A DNA stretch of 64,000 nucleotides from the NCBI RefSeq assembly GCF_018977255.1, contig NW_024704743.1:23376001-23440000 (forward strand), read 5' to 3'. Position numbers and translations under genes: made by a program. This document shows positions 36,431 to 49,970 of the stretch, one piece after another. This stretch comes from Callorhinchus milii. Its lineage: Eukaryota. Under the pieces are notes generated by a model. That model was not told the origin of the DNA and ran no database searches. It was given only the letters and a program-made list of their open reading frames with translations. How positions within the stretch are numbered: the first letter of the stretch is position 1; every line of letters begins with the position of its first letter.

Positions 36431-37012
36431 ACCAAATTCAACATTCCCTTCTAACATTTGTACTCTTATACTCTCACCCTACTGATAGCCTGTGGGCTTA
36501 TGATTGGCAGTTGTCTGCACGGACTACTATTCCATTTTCTTCATGATTATTTGCAGACAATGGGGTCTAGTATGTGGTATTTCCTAATCTTTGTATTAAT
36601 AAGGACACCCATTAGATTCCTGTTGACCAGTGGGAACTATGCTCCAGAAGTAGATCAGGTCTATGTGCTTGCAATAGGGGTTTCGATTTGTGTGATACAG
36701 ATTCCTTGCTAGGGAATCATTCTAAAACATCCCAAATCATACCCAGTCTTGGTAATGAATCCTGCAGAAAGCTCATTTACTTTTATTTGGATGACGAGAA
36801 CAAAGATGGTCAATTTAAAACATGGCTCTAGAAGTGCTTTTCACTTGCATTTTGCTGAATGCAAAGCTTCAAAGTATTTGGAAAATGGAAAGTAGATCAT
36901 ATGAATCTTATCATTTCCTGCATTAAGGACATTTTTAGTGTTTTGTCAGCCTTCACTAGTTCAATGTAGATGATGCATCGTGATGGGTTTGCATTATAAG
37001 TTACATTTTCTG

Positions 37013-37462
37013 GAACAACAACAACAAAATCACCTTTGTATAGTGCCTTTCATGCCGGGAGGATGTCCCAAGGCGCTGGACAGTCAGTATTTTGGACCTG
37101 AGCTGGGGTTCGGGATTGGGGAGGATGGAGGGCAGCAGGGGAAGAGCACGGTCAAAGAGGAGAGTCTTGAGATTGGTCTTGAAGGAGGGTGCGAGGTGGA
37201 GGACATGAAGCAGGCCGGAGTCCGCTGAGCGGAGGAACCGGGCAGGATGGTAGGAGTTAGGAGGTCGCAGAAGTAGGTGGGAGAGAGGCCATGGAGGGCT
37301 TTGAAGGTGAGGACCAGGATCTTGAACTGTATCCTCTGTGTGATGGGAAGCCAGGGGAGTTGGGTGAGGAGGGGGGTGATAGGGTCACGAGCCTGGTGTG
37401 GGAGAGGACACAGGCTGCAGAGTTCTGGATGATCTCCAGCCTATAGAGGGAGGAGTTGGGTA
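37013..37462 (-). mobile_element. L2 type A 3' fragment with an internal deletion
   Basis: Type A tail rc; LPNSSLYRLEIIQNSAACVLSHTRL. Confidence 0.9.
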
Positions 37463-38854
37463 ACGGACTCAAGTTTGAGATATTGAGCACCAGTTTGTGA
37501 AAATGTTTCCTACATCATAGCTATTTTGTAAAGTACTTTAAGATTGAATTTTAGACAAAGGAGGCCGGCTGCTGGCTGTTCAAGAGTATTTTGAGGATTG
37601 TTAAATATCTCTACTGTATTGCTACCCTTAGTCCATAGAACTCCACAAAGTACTGAATACAGAAGTGCACTGTCGCACAAAGATAAAGACACCCAGCAAT
37701 TTGAATTTATAACACTATGATCATATTTAATTTGTAAGATAGTCATCAAAGTAATTATGGGAACATAATCTATTTTGCGGATATATAAAATAGCTTCTCA
37801 GTAGTTGTGCGTTCAGGTTAAGTACTAAGAATGTTTACAACAAGTGTGTGATATATTTAATGCATGGGTGTGTGTCATACATTCCTATAATATCTATAGA
37901 TAACCCAAAGTGCTCAGAGTGCTTCTGAATGCCTGTGGTGATGTACTGAGGTTTTGTATACTTTGCTGAGTTCTGTGCATTGAATATTACAGTTGCAGTA
38001 CATATGGCAATTGCACTTTTTGTGTATTGCTATGGTTTCATTATTATTATATTTGGTACATTATGTTACTGCTTTTTTAAAATCACTACTTTCCTTCTCT
38101 AATATTTCCTGTTCATTCCCAGAACTGACACAAGAATTGGGACCAGATCAGCCCCAAGCTTCCAATATAACTAACTAGCTGGTGTGAGATACCAGAGCAG
38201 CCAAAGTGAGCACATCTACTCATTAATTTCTTTGATCTTCCTATCTCAGGGAAAACACTAGCTAGTGTCTGAATGATGGCAGTGTTGAGATCAGAAACTT
38301 GCTGTATGGAGAATTATGGATGCATTGTATACCATTAGCATAGTCTGCTAAAACTGCAATGTATTGGATTATTCTAGCAACAGCTGTACATTTTATGCAA
38401 TATGACGCCAAACCCCAGTTCAAAACTGTATTAAATTGAATCAGCAAATCGAATTTTTGCTAATGAGTAATAATGTGCAGATGGGGTTTCCTCTGTCGTA
38501 GAATTGAAAATAAAAGCATGACTTTGAACTTATTTCGTAGATGTATCATTTGTAGTGTGTCCATGTGACTATAGGAGAAATTACAGAAGGTGGCTTTCAG
38601 TTTTCTGTATGACATAAATGAACAGCTGAAAACAATACACTTCTGGATGTGTTGTATGATTTGTGCTGAGTTTTCAGCGATAAAATATTTATTACATTAT
38701 TTTTTCATAAAACAGTTGGAATCTTTTATCAACTAAATAATTTGAAGTAAGTTGAGTTAGACTTTTCATGAAGCCTGAAATTGTAGCTGTTCTACACACA
38801 ATTAAAATTAGTATCTGTAGTTGTTGTAACTGAACCACAAAAGAGAGAGTGAGA

Positions 38855-39525
38855 GAGTTGTGAAGGGAAGAGTTGGGAAGGCCGATGAGGAGGGAGTTTC
38901 CATAATCAAGTCTTGTTGCGACGAATGCATGGCTAAGGGTCTCGGCAGCCTGAGGGGTGAGACAGTGGTAGAGTCTGGCAATGATGCAGAGGTGGTGGTA
39001 GGCAGTGCCGGTCATGGCACGGATGTGGGGGAGAAAGGACAGTTCAGGGTCAAACAAGACACCCAGGTTCCTGACTGGCTTAGTGAGGTTGAGTGTGCAG
39101 TCGTGGAGGCTGATGCTGCCAGCGCCCGAGGTGTGGAGGCGCTGGTGCGAGCCAATCAGGAGGGCCTCGGTCTTGCTGATGTTGAGTTGGAGAAAGTTGT
39201 CCCTCATCCAGGACTTGATGTTGGACAGACAGTCGGTCAGGACCCCAGTACTCCTGGAGTTGAGGGTGAAGGCAGAGAGATAGAGTTGAGTGTCATCCGT
39301 ATACATGTGGAAATTTACCCCATGTCTGCGGATGATGTCACGAAGGGGGAGCATGTAGAGGGTGAAGAGGAGGGGACTGAGGACAGAGCCCTGAGGAACA
39401 CCGCACGAGACGGTGCGGGGGCTGGAGGAGAAGCCATTTGCAGATACAAAGTGGAGGCAGTGTGAAAGTTAGGAGCTGAACCAGTCAAGGACAGAACCTT
39501 GGAGGTTGAGGTGGGAGGTGGGAGG
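38855..39525 (-). mobile_element. L2 type A internal RT fragment (no own tail)
   Basis: [46 protein letters not shown]. Confidence 0.93.
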
Positions 39526-39730
39526 AAGCAACGACAACAAATTGCGTTTATTATAGCACCCCAACATGCAGGATAGCATCCCAGAGTGCTTGACAGTGGT
39601 GTAGCATGATGCTGAGCCAGGAGTAGGTAACCATCGGCACAGTCGAAGAAGTAGGTCTTCAGGCGTGACTTGAAGATGGGGATGGATGGAGCACGGCAGA
39701 GGAATTGAGAAGGAGACTGCTCCCAAGTTT
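39526..39730 (-). mobile_element. L2 type B 3' tail
   Basis: FKSRLKTYFFD; tail rc TAGCACCCCAACATGCAGGATAGCATCCCAGAGTGCTT. Confidence 0.8.
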
Positions 39731-42700
39731 GGGGTTGAGGCAGTATTGTCTTGGTGGTGCGAGCCTCATTCAGCTTCTCCCGTTCCACTGAGTTCCTGAT
39801 CTCAACTCTCTTCACCCACAAAAAACACAGTCACTCCACTTCACAGTACATCCTCTGAATCGCTTTGGGATATCCTCCAGGTGTGAAAGGCACTATACCA
39901 AATTTAAGGATTGCTATTATGTTGCACCAAGAGGCATTAGAAAGAGAGAAAAGTTGGAACAGACATTGTTTCTTGTTTTTGAGCTTCTGGAATCCAATTA
40001 AAGATCACAAGATCACACAAAAGAGATTCAGAGGAAGGTTTGAATAAACAAGGCCCTTTGGCCCACTTGATCCCATCCTTCCAGGTCACCCACAAGCCAA
40101 AGAGTGGACCATGGCCTTGTTGGAGGAAATATACATTTTTACAAAGAATCAAGAAATTGCTCAACAAAAGTAATCAATACAAAATCTATACAAGCAAAGC
40201 ACTCAAGATTCCTGTTTATGAATGGATTGAAACTTGAGCATGGAATTGACAAGGATGTATAAAAGGTGAAATGTTAAAATTAATAATCATAATAATAATG
40301 ATCCCTGCATTTGAAAAAGCAACTTTCACATCAGGAGGAGTCTCAAAGTGCTTCACAGGATTTATTTTAAATGTAGTGACTGTATTTTTGTAGGTAATTA
40401 GTTATTTTTTGTTCAGTAATTATGAAGTGGATTTCTCCTAATCCTGTACTTTGACTGAAGTACTTTAGAGTTTTATGTTTGAAGTGTCAAATTAAACCCC
40501 AGCTAATTTGTTGCTCCTATTTTCGCAGCAGCAATTAAATCAAAGTTGATATTCATTTAATTTGTTCTGGGCTCACAGATAAAGAACGGACACTTTGGCA
40601 TGGCACCCAAAGGCAGCCTTTGAACTGTACCTCAGAATGAGCACTTGCTTGCCTCCGGGAAAGGAGAAAATCAGATTTTTCTTAAAGAACTAAAATATGC
40701 AGGGAATATCTCATAGTGAAATAATTTTATATGAGGTTGGGAGTATGCATGATGAAATAAGCAATATCAGCCTGCTACCAGACTCTTAATAGAATATTTG
40801 TCTGTTCTCAAGGCACTGTGATGTAAAGGTTGAATTCTCAATGCTTTTAGTAACAAGGAAGACAATCTGTAAACATTGCAAAAGCAAGGAGGAGCAAGCC
40901 ATCCAAAGAGGACAATAAGAAAAGCAAAGGGCACTCAACACTGATTTGCATATTCATCGAGTATTCATATTTCATTGCAAAGTGAGAAATCAAGGGATTT
41001 TACATTATGCAAGCTCTGGTACTATGCAAATCAAATATCTTGACAGCGACATATTATCACCTGACGAAATGTCCTCCTCTATCCCTCTCATCTGAATTGA
41101 ATGGTTCTATGCATGGCTATTATTTTATTTATTATTATTTACCATACTATGTTATGGTGTATATTTGGCTGCATGCTGTACTTTCAAATTTGTCAAACTT
41201 TTTGGGGAGGAGATAAACAGATTGTATAATACGTGTATAGACATACAGGAGGCATACAACTCCTGTGGGAAAACTGTATTTTATGCTTTCGAGAATGTCA
41301 CTATCGAGCTTTCTGATAGCCCCATGGATGTTAGCTTGCCTCAGTTGATAGTACTCTTTTTGAGTCAAATGATTGTGTGCTCAAGCCCTATTTAGGATGG
41401 CACTTCAATGTAATGAGTTTCTCTTTCAGATGAGACCTTAAACCATAAGTTGTTGTTGATATTTGAGAATAGGAATGTGCCAAGAGGTCAAATAACCCAC
41501 CAACACTGTTATGGAGAATGTATTGGTTATCTAAGGAGGGTGACTGATGCTTGACATACCTTCTGACATTGGTTCTGGCATTATACACCAAAAACGACTT
41601 GGGCCATTAGCCTTGATATATGTGTTGCATTTGAAAAACAAAGTTCATACTTTGAACTCTATGCTCTTCATCTAAAGAAGAAACATTACAGCAAAAACTC
41701 AGAAGATTGTGGTACATTAATTGTACCTATTTTCCTTTATGTTAGCTGGAAAGAATATCCACAGGAAATGTCATACAGGAGAGTTTTATTAATTTAATAA
41801 CCATGTCCTGAAAGTGAAATCTCTTAAATTCTATGCTGTAAAGTATCCAACATCCAAAGAAATTGTACATTGAACTCTGTAAGAAAAGGGATGTATAGTG
41901 GAATGCATAAAACAGGAATTTAATTTAAATTTTTGTAGAAATGCATAATGGCATAATAAGCTCTCCTATGGGTATTTAACCACTGTGTAATTGTAATACC
42001 CGTTGACATCCTTTAATTATACGATTCTGAGTATTTTCTTTTCAGAACAGTGTTTTTTTAATGTCCTCTACAGCAAAAACATTTATAATTTTGCTAATGT
42101 TATTCAGCTGTCTGAAGGAAATCATTTTGTCTTATGTGTAAATTCAGTTTTCAAACGGATTCAGGCACTGTGGCATTAGAATCCAAATTTAATGCAGAAG
42201 TAGCCTGTAATGAATTTAGCTACACTGGAAAACACATGTCAGGCCCTGTTATGTGATATTGGCCTATTTGTATGAATGCTGGGAAATGAAACCTGGTTAT
42301 TAAGGTATGAGTTTAGGTGTTGAGCTGTGGGGACATTGATGTTGTGCGTACAGTACATTGAGTGTTTCAATATAATGTTGACACTTCCCTGGGGTGTACC
42401 TGTGACCACTATTGTGGAGCGGTGTTAGGTCACCAATTTCCAGAGGCAACAACCATCATCTGAGCTGCTTGTTTTCATTTTGATGTTTCATTTCGATGAT
42501 TTTTCAAAAAGCTTGTAATTTATTTTTTGTACAGAAACACTGTTTGCTTTTCTACGTGTGGCCCTGCTAAATTCTGTACAACAGTGATATAAACATTTGG
42601 CTGTAAATCAAGCCTAACCTGTAAATACCTCTACATTCAATACATTCGCTGACCAAAATGTCAACCAAAGAACTCACTTCTAGTTGGTTAACCACATGAA

Positions 42701-43129
42701 TTATATCATATCAGTAGGGTCTAAAATGTGATAATTTCTAACTGGATTTCATAATAAAGACAGAGTCAATACAGGGATTCGTGAAGTATAAAGTGTCAAC
42801 CTGTGGAAACTCCACTTCGTAAAATAAATCGCATCAGCATGGGTTGTGTGACATACTTTTGGTTGTTGGAAGCAGTCCCTGTTGGTGACTATGAATCATC
42901 ATGTTTCATACCCAATCTCTAGCGTGTTCATCTTTATTTTTAGAAAGTCCTGTTTCATACGTAACTGATATTAGCAAGTTAGCTATATATATATACATAT
43001 ATACAGTATAGCTTGATACATAAGGATTCAGCTCCATTTTACTTTCTATGATCATCAAAACAAACAAGATGATTAGAAATTTAGAGAATTTAGAAACCTA
43101 GAGAAACCAGAATCATAGATGTATTTAAC

Positions 43130-43280
43130 AGCAACCTAGGAACATGAGAGAGAAGGGAATGGAAGAGTATGGGAAGGAGAAAGGAATCAGTGGAGGCTCA
43201 TGTGGAGTAAAAGCACCTGAATGAACTAGTTAGGCCGAATGGGCTGTTTCCATTCTGTACAATCTATGTAAATCTATAGA
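43130..43280 (+). mobile_element. CR1 3' tail
   Basis: GGAGGCTCATGTGGAG..GGCCGAATGGGCTGTTTCCATTCTGTA..(TCTATGTAAA) repeats. Confidence 0.75.
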
Positions 43281-43369
43281 ATTCTAATTAATTGCATGAA
43301 ATCAAGAATAAGGCCACATATCCAGAATAAGGCTAGGTATTTTAGGTAGTGGTATCTATTTGTATCTTT

Positions 43370-43785
43370 ACACAGAGGATACAGTTCAAGATCCTGGTCC
43401 TCACCTTCAAAGTCCTCCATGGTCTTATTCGCCCTTATCTCTGCGACCTCCTAACTCCCTACCAACTTGCCCGTTCCCTTCCCTCAGTGGGCTCTGGCCT
43501 GCTTCACGTCCCTTTGCTTGCTCGCCCCACTGTTGACAGGTGGGCCTTCAACCACTCGCACCCACCATCTGGAACTCCATCGCGCAGTCCCTCTGCCTCG
43601 CCACCTCGTTTGCCTCCTTCAAGACCCTCCTCTTCGACCGTGCCTTCGATCACCCTCCTTCCCCACTGTCCTCCAACCTTTCCAATCCCGACCCCCAGCA
43701 CGAGTCCGAAACACTGATTGTCTAGCGTCTTGGGATAACCTCCCGATGTGAAAGGCACTATACAAATATAATGTTGCTCTTGTTT
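43370..43785 (+). mobile_element. L2 type A 3' fragment
   Basis: QRIQFKILVLTFKVLHGL..PYLCDLL; type A tail. Confidence 0.9.
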
Positions 43786-43816
43786 TGCAGTCAATTTAAT
43801 CAGTTGGCGATTCAAT

Positions 43817-44510
43817 TTAATAATAATAATTCTTGTATTTGGTATAAAGTATTATCACGTTGTTACAGTATATACAGTGAAGCGCTATCAGGCGTCTCAA
43901 AGTGAATCACGCTTATACTGTAAAGTAAATTGGCTGTGTATTTTCTGGGTGAAATATGGCAGCCAGTTGTGTACAACAATAACAACAAAATTACATTTGT
44001 ATAGCACCTTTCACATCGGGAAGTAGGGGGGGAGCAAAGCCATGGAGGGCTTTGAAGGTAAGGACCATGATCTTGAACTGTGTCCTCTGTGTGATGGGAA
44101 GCCAGTGGAGTCGGGCGAGGATGGGGGTGATAGGGTCGCGGAGCCTGGTGTGGGAGAGGACACTGGCTGCAGACTTCTGGATGATCTGCAGACTATGGAG
44201 GGAGGAATTGGGGAGGTTGACAAGCAGGGAGTTTGCGTAGTCGAGCCCGGATGTTATGAATGCCTGTATGAGAGTCTCGGCGGCCTGCGGTGTGAGACAA
44301 TGGCGGAACCGGGCGATGTTGCGGAGATGGGGGGAGGCAGAGCGGGTCATGGCCCAGATGTGGGATAGAAAGGATAGTTGAGGGTCAAGCAAGGTTCCGG
44401 ACTGGCTCAGTGAGGTGGAGTGTGCATCCTTGGATGGTGATGCTATCAGCGCCTGAAGTGCACAGCAGTGTTCCACAAACAGAAATGTTCTGAGTGACCA
44501 ATTTTATTTG
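43817..44510 (-). mobile_element. SINE 3' part split by an L2-A (43976-44457, minus)
   Basis: GGCAGCCAGTTGTGTACA [L2: DPQLSFLSHI..LHWLPITQR] GTGCACAGCAGTGTTCCACAAACAG. Confidence 0.85.
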
Positions 44511-44554
44511 GGTGATTAGTTTATTTTTCACTTGGAAAAACATAATTAATGACA

Positions 44555-44695
44555 GTCAACAAGGATTTGGGAACAGCAAATTGTGTCTGACAAACTTAAT
44601 TGAGTTCTTTGATGAACCCCCAGGTTGGTATTGGTCCACTGCTTTTTTTGATTTACCTAAATGACTTGGACTTGGGTGTAGGATAGGTACTTGGA
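44555..44695 (+). mobile_element. CR1 RT internal fragment with a large deletion
   Basis: QQGFGNSKLCLTNLIEFFDE joined directly to GPLLFLIYLNDLDLGV. Confidence 0.75.
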
Positions 44696-44708
44696 AAATA
44701 AAAACTTG

Positions 44709-45085
44709 CAACAACAACAACAATAAGATTACATTTGTATAGCGCCTTTCACGTCGGGAGGATGTCCCAAGGTGCTGGACAGCGTACAGCATTTCAGACC
44801 CGAGCTGGGGTCAAGGGGGAGAAGGGAGGGGAGGGGAAGGGTGGTGGCCGATGGCATGTTCGTAGAGGAGGGTTTCGAGGAGGGACTTGAAGGAGGCTAA
44901 GGAGGGGGAGAGGTGGAGTGATTGAGGGATGGAATTCCAGAGGTTGGGGGCAGAGTGGCTGAAGGCTCTCCCGCCAGTGGGCGGGTGGGTCGGGGGATGT
45001 GGAACATGCCGGAGTTGGCTGAGCGGAGGGTGCGGGCAGGTTGGTAGGGGGTTAGGAGGTCACAGAGGTAGGGTGGGGCGAGGCA
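44709..45085 (-). mobile_element. L2 type A 3' fragment
   Basis: LAPPYLCDLLTPYQPARTLRS; type A tail rc. Confidence 0.9.
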
Positions 45086-45087
45086 AG

Positions 45088-45420
45088 GATAAAGGGAAGA
45101 GCAGGGGAGTTGGGACTGAATGGGGTACCGCTTCCAAAGGGCCAGTGCAGGCACAATGGGCCAAATGGCCTCCTTCTGTGCTGTAATATTTTATGATTGT
45201 TTGACAGGACACCGGGTGAAACTCCCTTCTCTTTTTGAATAGTGCCATGGCTCTTTATCATCCACCTGAACAGGCAGATCAGCACCTCAATGTAACATCT
45301 CATCCGAAGGACGGGACCTCCAACAATGCAACACCCCCACCACAGGGCTGCATTGGAGTGTCACCTGAGATTATGTGATTCCACGTCCCGTGTGGGGCTC
45401 GGTGCTGTCACTGAGCCAGA
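45088..45420. mobile_element. CR1 3' tail (+, ~45088-45197) followed by a SINE-B 5' part (-, ~45200-45420)
   Basis: ATGGGCCAAATGGCCTCCTTCTGTGCTGTAA; CTCATCCGAAGGACGGGACCTCC..GTGGGGCTC..CACTGAGCCA. Confidence 0.78.
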
Positions 45421-45918
45421 CGAACACATACAAATAGTCCAAAAAGTAGAAATAAATGATTCATTATTCACACTGAGGGAAAAGGGCTTTGATGCATAAT
45501 TACTTGCATAAAATATTGCAATATTTTTTACAAATTTGAACAATGAATACTGTTTCACTGGTTCATGCTGCCAGAAATAATGAACTAGGCCATCAAATGG
45601 GGTTAGAGATTGTGATCAGAAAGGTTACAATCACTGGTTCAATTCAGTCTAGATTAAAGTTCATATACAACAGCAACAAGATTACATGTGCATAGCGCCT
45701 TTCACATTGGGAGGACGTCCCAAGGTGCTGGAAATAATAAAGCTAAACCACCCCACAATTTCCTGTCGTGGTATTGATTTAAAAAAAAACTGGAACAATG
45801 TTCTGCATATATGATGCCAGTGGGCAAACAGGAAATGAGCTAATTGAGAACTGCAGAGCTATAATTTAAATGTGGGTTCTTCTTCAATGTGTATCTTTCT
45901 TTGTGTTCTTCACATTCA

Positions 45919-46290
45919 GGGAGTCCTGTAGCTCAGTGGTTAGAGCACTCACCTCACAAGCGAGAGACTGGGTTCGATTCCCAGCAGGGCAAAACGTTGG
46001 GCAAGTTTCCTTACTCCACACTTCTCTGTTTACCTAGCAATAAGTAGGAACCCGATTCTTATTCGATTGGTGGATTGGTTTTCTGGGGGTAATATTTCCT
46101 TCAAAATAAAGTCAATTGCTCACTCAATCCACGACTATTTGTGAGACACTGCTGTGAGCAATTGGCTGCCGGGTTTCAATCACAAAATATCCAGTCAATT
46201 AACCTTACAGTATATTCTGTAAAGTGTTTTGAGACGTCTTGAAGACATGAAAAGGCGCTATATCAAATGCAAGGATTATTATTATTAATA
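45919..46290 (+). mobile_element. SINE family A, full length (long variant)
   Basis: GGGAGTCCTGTAGCTCAGTGGTTAGAGC..GGGTTCGATTCCC; Deu core; (TTA)n. Confidence 0.94.
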
Positions 46291-47383
46291 TTATTTTTCA
46301 CACTGGGCTGTTCATGCCTTTAATGAGGGAATTCTACAATCCACTTTTGTAAGAAAAAGCTGGGGTTTCTGATGTCCTGGGTTTGATATAGTAGAACCAT
46401 GCTCGAGGCTGGGTTTGATGTACCAAATGTGAAAATGAACTGATGGATCTCCACATGAGCTGACATTTTCCCAGATGAGCAGAACATTACCAATGATTCT
46501 AGCGAGATTGTGAGGCTTATTGGAACAATCCCCAATAAATTAAACCGATTGTTTCCAGTGTATAGTACCCCAAGATAGAGTGCAATATTGACGAGGAAGC
46601 ACATTGCAAGGTCAATTAATACAACATCATAGAACCAAATTTCAGAAGCAACGTGAGCAAGTTCGCTTCGACAAGCAAATGAGTAACTTTTTGCTTTTAT
46701 CCTCATCCTTGACTGAATTTTGTTTGCGAAATAGAGTGAGACATTTATTGGTGTATCTATTTTCTCCTTTGTCTGCTTCTATTTAATGTGTTTCCTTGCT
46801 CCTTGGCTCATCCTGTTATGTGTCTGCAGCTGTTTTGCACCTCAGTTTGACTGAAATTTGAGGGTTGACTGGATTCTGTACTCAGTACTTGTGAATGGTC
46901 AGTATATGTCCTTTAAACTCCACACATAATCCTCTTAATTCATTTTGTTACCTATCTTTCATGTTATGTGTTGTGATGATCCGAGTCCTGTAAATAAAAA
47001 AGGCTTTTCCATAAGCTCCTGGGATCCTATTGAGGTCTCTGAAACAGGTTACAATGATCCTGTACTCCCACTTCTACCCTCCTTGGAGATTGACAGGAAC
47101 ATTGATATGGTCAACAAATGAAGAACTGACTCAGTGGGGGGAAACCGAATTGAGAGTTCTGAATCAGTTTAGAAAGAACTTGATTTTTGTAGGAGATTAG
47201 GGAAATGGGAATAGGAGGCGGCCATTCAGCCATGAAGCCTGTTTCACCGGTTTATTAGATCTTGTGGATTTAATCCTGCCCTATTGCCACACCTCATAAT
47301 ACCTCTATTATCCAAGTATTTTTTTCTCTCTCTAAACTTGCAGTTTTGAGGTACTTTGTACCTCCATAGTACTTTGTACCATA

Positions 47384-47745
47384 GAGTCCCATAGCTCAGT
47401 GGTTAAAGCATTCACCTCGCAAGCGAGAGACTTGGGTTCAATTCCTGGCAGGGCAAAATGTTGGGCAGTTTCCTTACTCCACACGCCTCTGTTTACCTAG
47501 CAGTAAGTAGGAACCCGGTTGTTAGTTGATTGGCGGATCGCTTTTCCAGGGTAATAATTCCTTCAAAAAGAAAAAAAATTGGTCACTTCAATCCACTACT
47601 GTTTGTGGAACACTGTTGTGCACAATTGGCTGAGGCGTTTTGTCCCAAAATATACAGTCAATTCAGTTTACAGTATATTCTGTAAAGCTCTTTGAGACGC
47701 AATGAAGATGTGATAAGGCGCTATATCAAATGCAAGGATTATTAT
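47384..47745 (+). mobile_element. SINE family A, full length (long variant)
   Basis: GAGTCCCATAGCTCAGTGGTT..GGGTTCAATTCC; Deu core and tail. Confidence 0.94.
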
Positions 47746-47809
47746 ATCATTTTTTCTCAAAATGTCAAAAGGACTTTACAGTAATTACTGTCAAGTGCTG
47801 TAAGCTTTT

Positions 47810-48360
47810 GTCGACAATGGCAAGCTATGTGGTTTTAGCTGGTTATACTCTAGCAGTAACCCAACTCTGGGGTCGCCAAGCCTTGGCTCTTGTCAACCTG
47901 TGTCTAATATTCTCCTGAATTAGGTGAGTGCACACATTCCAATAAACATTTCTGGGATTTCCATGTGTAGGTAGGATGTATGGAACTCTGTTTGGTTTGC
48001 ATTCTCTTAAGTATGGTGATAGGTTTCGTCGTGTGTCAGACACCCGGCTGACCAAAAAAAAATAGACAAGGATTCTTCCCACAATTCTTCTTTTAACCCT
48101 GCAAGCCAAAGCCATTTTGTACACAACCAGGATTCTAAAAGAGCTCCAGGTTATTGACCAATTGATCTGGAGGATTGTCGGACAGAAACTACCCTCTCTT
48201 TTGAATTAGCATCATTGGCTCAATGGCATGACTTGGAAACGCAGAACGGTCATTGGGAGCAAGGATTCTTCCCTCTCGTCTCTTTTTAACCCAGCAAGCC
48301 AAAGCCCTAACAGCTTGGTCCTTGACAAGCAGCAGGACTGCATAACTTGCCATTGAGAAC
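47810..48360 (+). mobile_element. Repeat family C, rearranged fragments
   Basis: 3' part ending GTGTCAGACACCCGGCTGACC(A)n at ~48062, followed by two copies of CAAGGATTCTTCCC..TTAACCC.GCAAGCCAAAGCC. Confidence 0.75.
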
Positions 48361-49154
48361 CCTGTTGCTTTGACCATAGAGATGAGAACTATTTTAAATT
48401 CGTATTACCTCATGAAGTTTGAGTAAATTATTTCTACTTTGCTGATGACTGGAGAGAACACTGGAGAGAGCAAGAGGAGGGCTTTGAGCCTGTTTCTCCA
48501 GTTTATTCGATCGTGGCAGATCTTTTAATCCCATTTCCCCGTACACTTTAATCCACTTATCAGAACGAGAACAGAAACTGTGGGACTAACCCTTATGGTC
48601 TACTCTAGCTGAACCTTGTGACTGGACTCCCAAGTTTATCTCTATGGACCCCAATCTGGGGTATGGGGATTCCTTTAATAACTTTATACAAATGTTTGAT
48701 AAACATTTTGGCTCATATGTAATGTCTCTCAGCCCTTATTTGAATTTCATAAATGGATTTAGATGCAGACTCGAGGCCTTGGGCTGATCACTGAAAACAT
48801 TTCAGGCCAGGGAATGTGGCGATTTGGCTCTTCCTTGTCAGAAAACAATTATTCAACAAATAAAAAAGATTAGAAGCCCCTCTTAAGGACTAGAATTTAG
48901 AATAGCCTCACTTCACTTAAGGGATGATGGTGATCCTAGCCTGAATATCCCATTTCTCTGGAAATCTGCATACCCTTTAGTGGCTTTTATGTGAGCATAA
49001 ATTAATACAACACCAGTTGTACAAAATGCAAGCTTTACCGCTGTTAACAAAAACAGTGCATTTATCCAAAGATCCAGCGGGAAGCTTCAAAATAAACATA
49101 TCTCTTGTGTGTGAGGAGTTGAGGCAGTTCCATTTTTCTCAGTGATCAATTAAT

Positions 49155-49970
49155 ACAACCACAACAATAACTTGCACTTATATCGCACCCTCTACGCAGG
49201 GTAGCATCTCAGAGGACTTAACAGTGGTGGAGCCTGACTTCAAGCCGGTGGGTGGGTGCGGGAGGGTGACCGTAAGCACGGTTTAAAAGGAAGGTTTTCA
49301 TGCGGGACTTAAAAAAGGGGAGAGCGGCCTTCATGAAAGCTTGTTGCAGCTTTTCTGGCAGTCACTGAGTTCCAAGGTGATTGTCATTCTAAACATCTAA
49401 GTGTTTGATGTGGAACACTGAGAGGCCAGGCTTCGGTCTTTGCTTGCTTTAAATGGTACTGCTTTGTCATGCTTGGGGCTACTGCAGCAGAAATCCACTG
49501 AGCCATATGCTACAATCCATGTATCAGCCTAGCTCAGAGCCCATATCATGTACGCTGACACTGTAGTGTAGGGCTGGGGATGTGCAACACTGTTTGAAAG
49601 TACTGTCCTCCAAATCCCTGACTGCCTAGTGCCTTGGGACATCCTACGACATGAAAAGCGCTATACAAATGTAATTTTGTATTGTATAAAACATGAAACC
49701 AAGTTCCCATCTGCCTGTTCAGGTCCCATGCGGTTATTCGAAAGCAGAAGGCAGTTTCTCCTGGTGACCTGGTCAACAATTCCGCCAGATAAAATCGATC
49801 ACTCATTCCATGTTTGTTTGTGGGACATTGTGGTGTGCAAATTAGCTGCCACGTTTATCCACAAAAATACAGTAGCACCACTTTGCAGAATATCCTGTGA
49901 AGTGCTTTAAAATATCTCAAGGGCATAACGTGATAAGGCCCTGCATCAAATGTGAGGATTATTATAATAA
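49155..49970. mobile_element. L2-B tail (-, ~49155-49330) and a SINE-B (+, ~49520-49970) containing an L2-A tail (~49610-49685)
   Basis: Tail motifs and the Deu core TGTTTGTTTGTGGGACATTGTGGTGTGCAAATTAGCTGCC. Confidence 0.72.
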
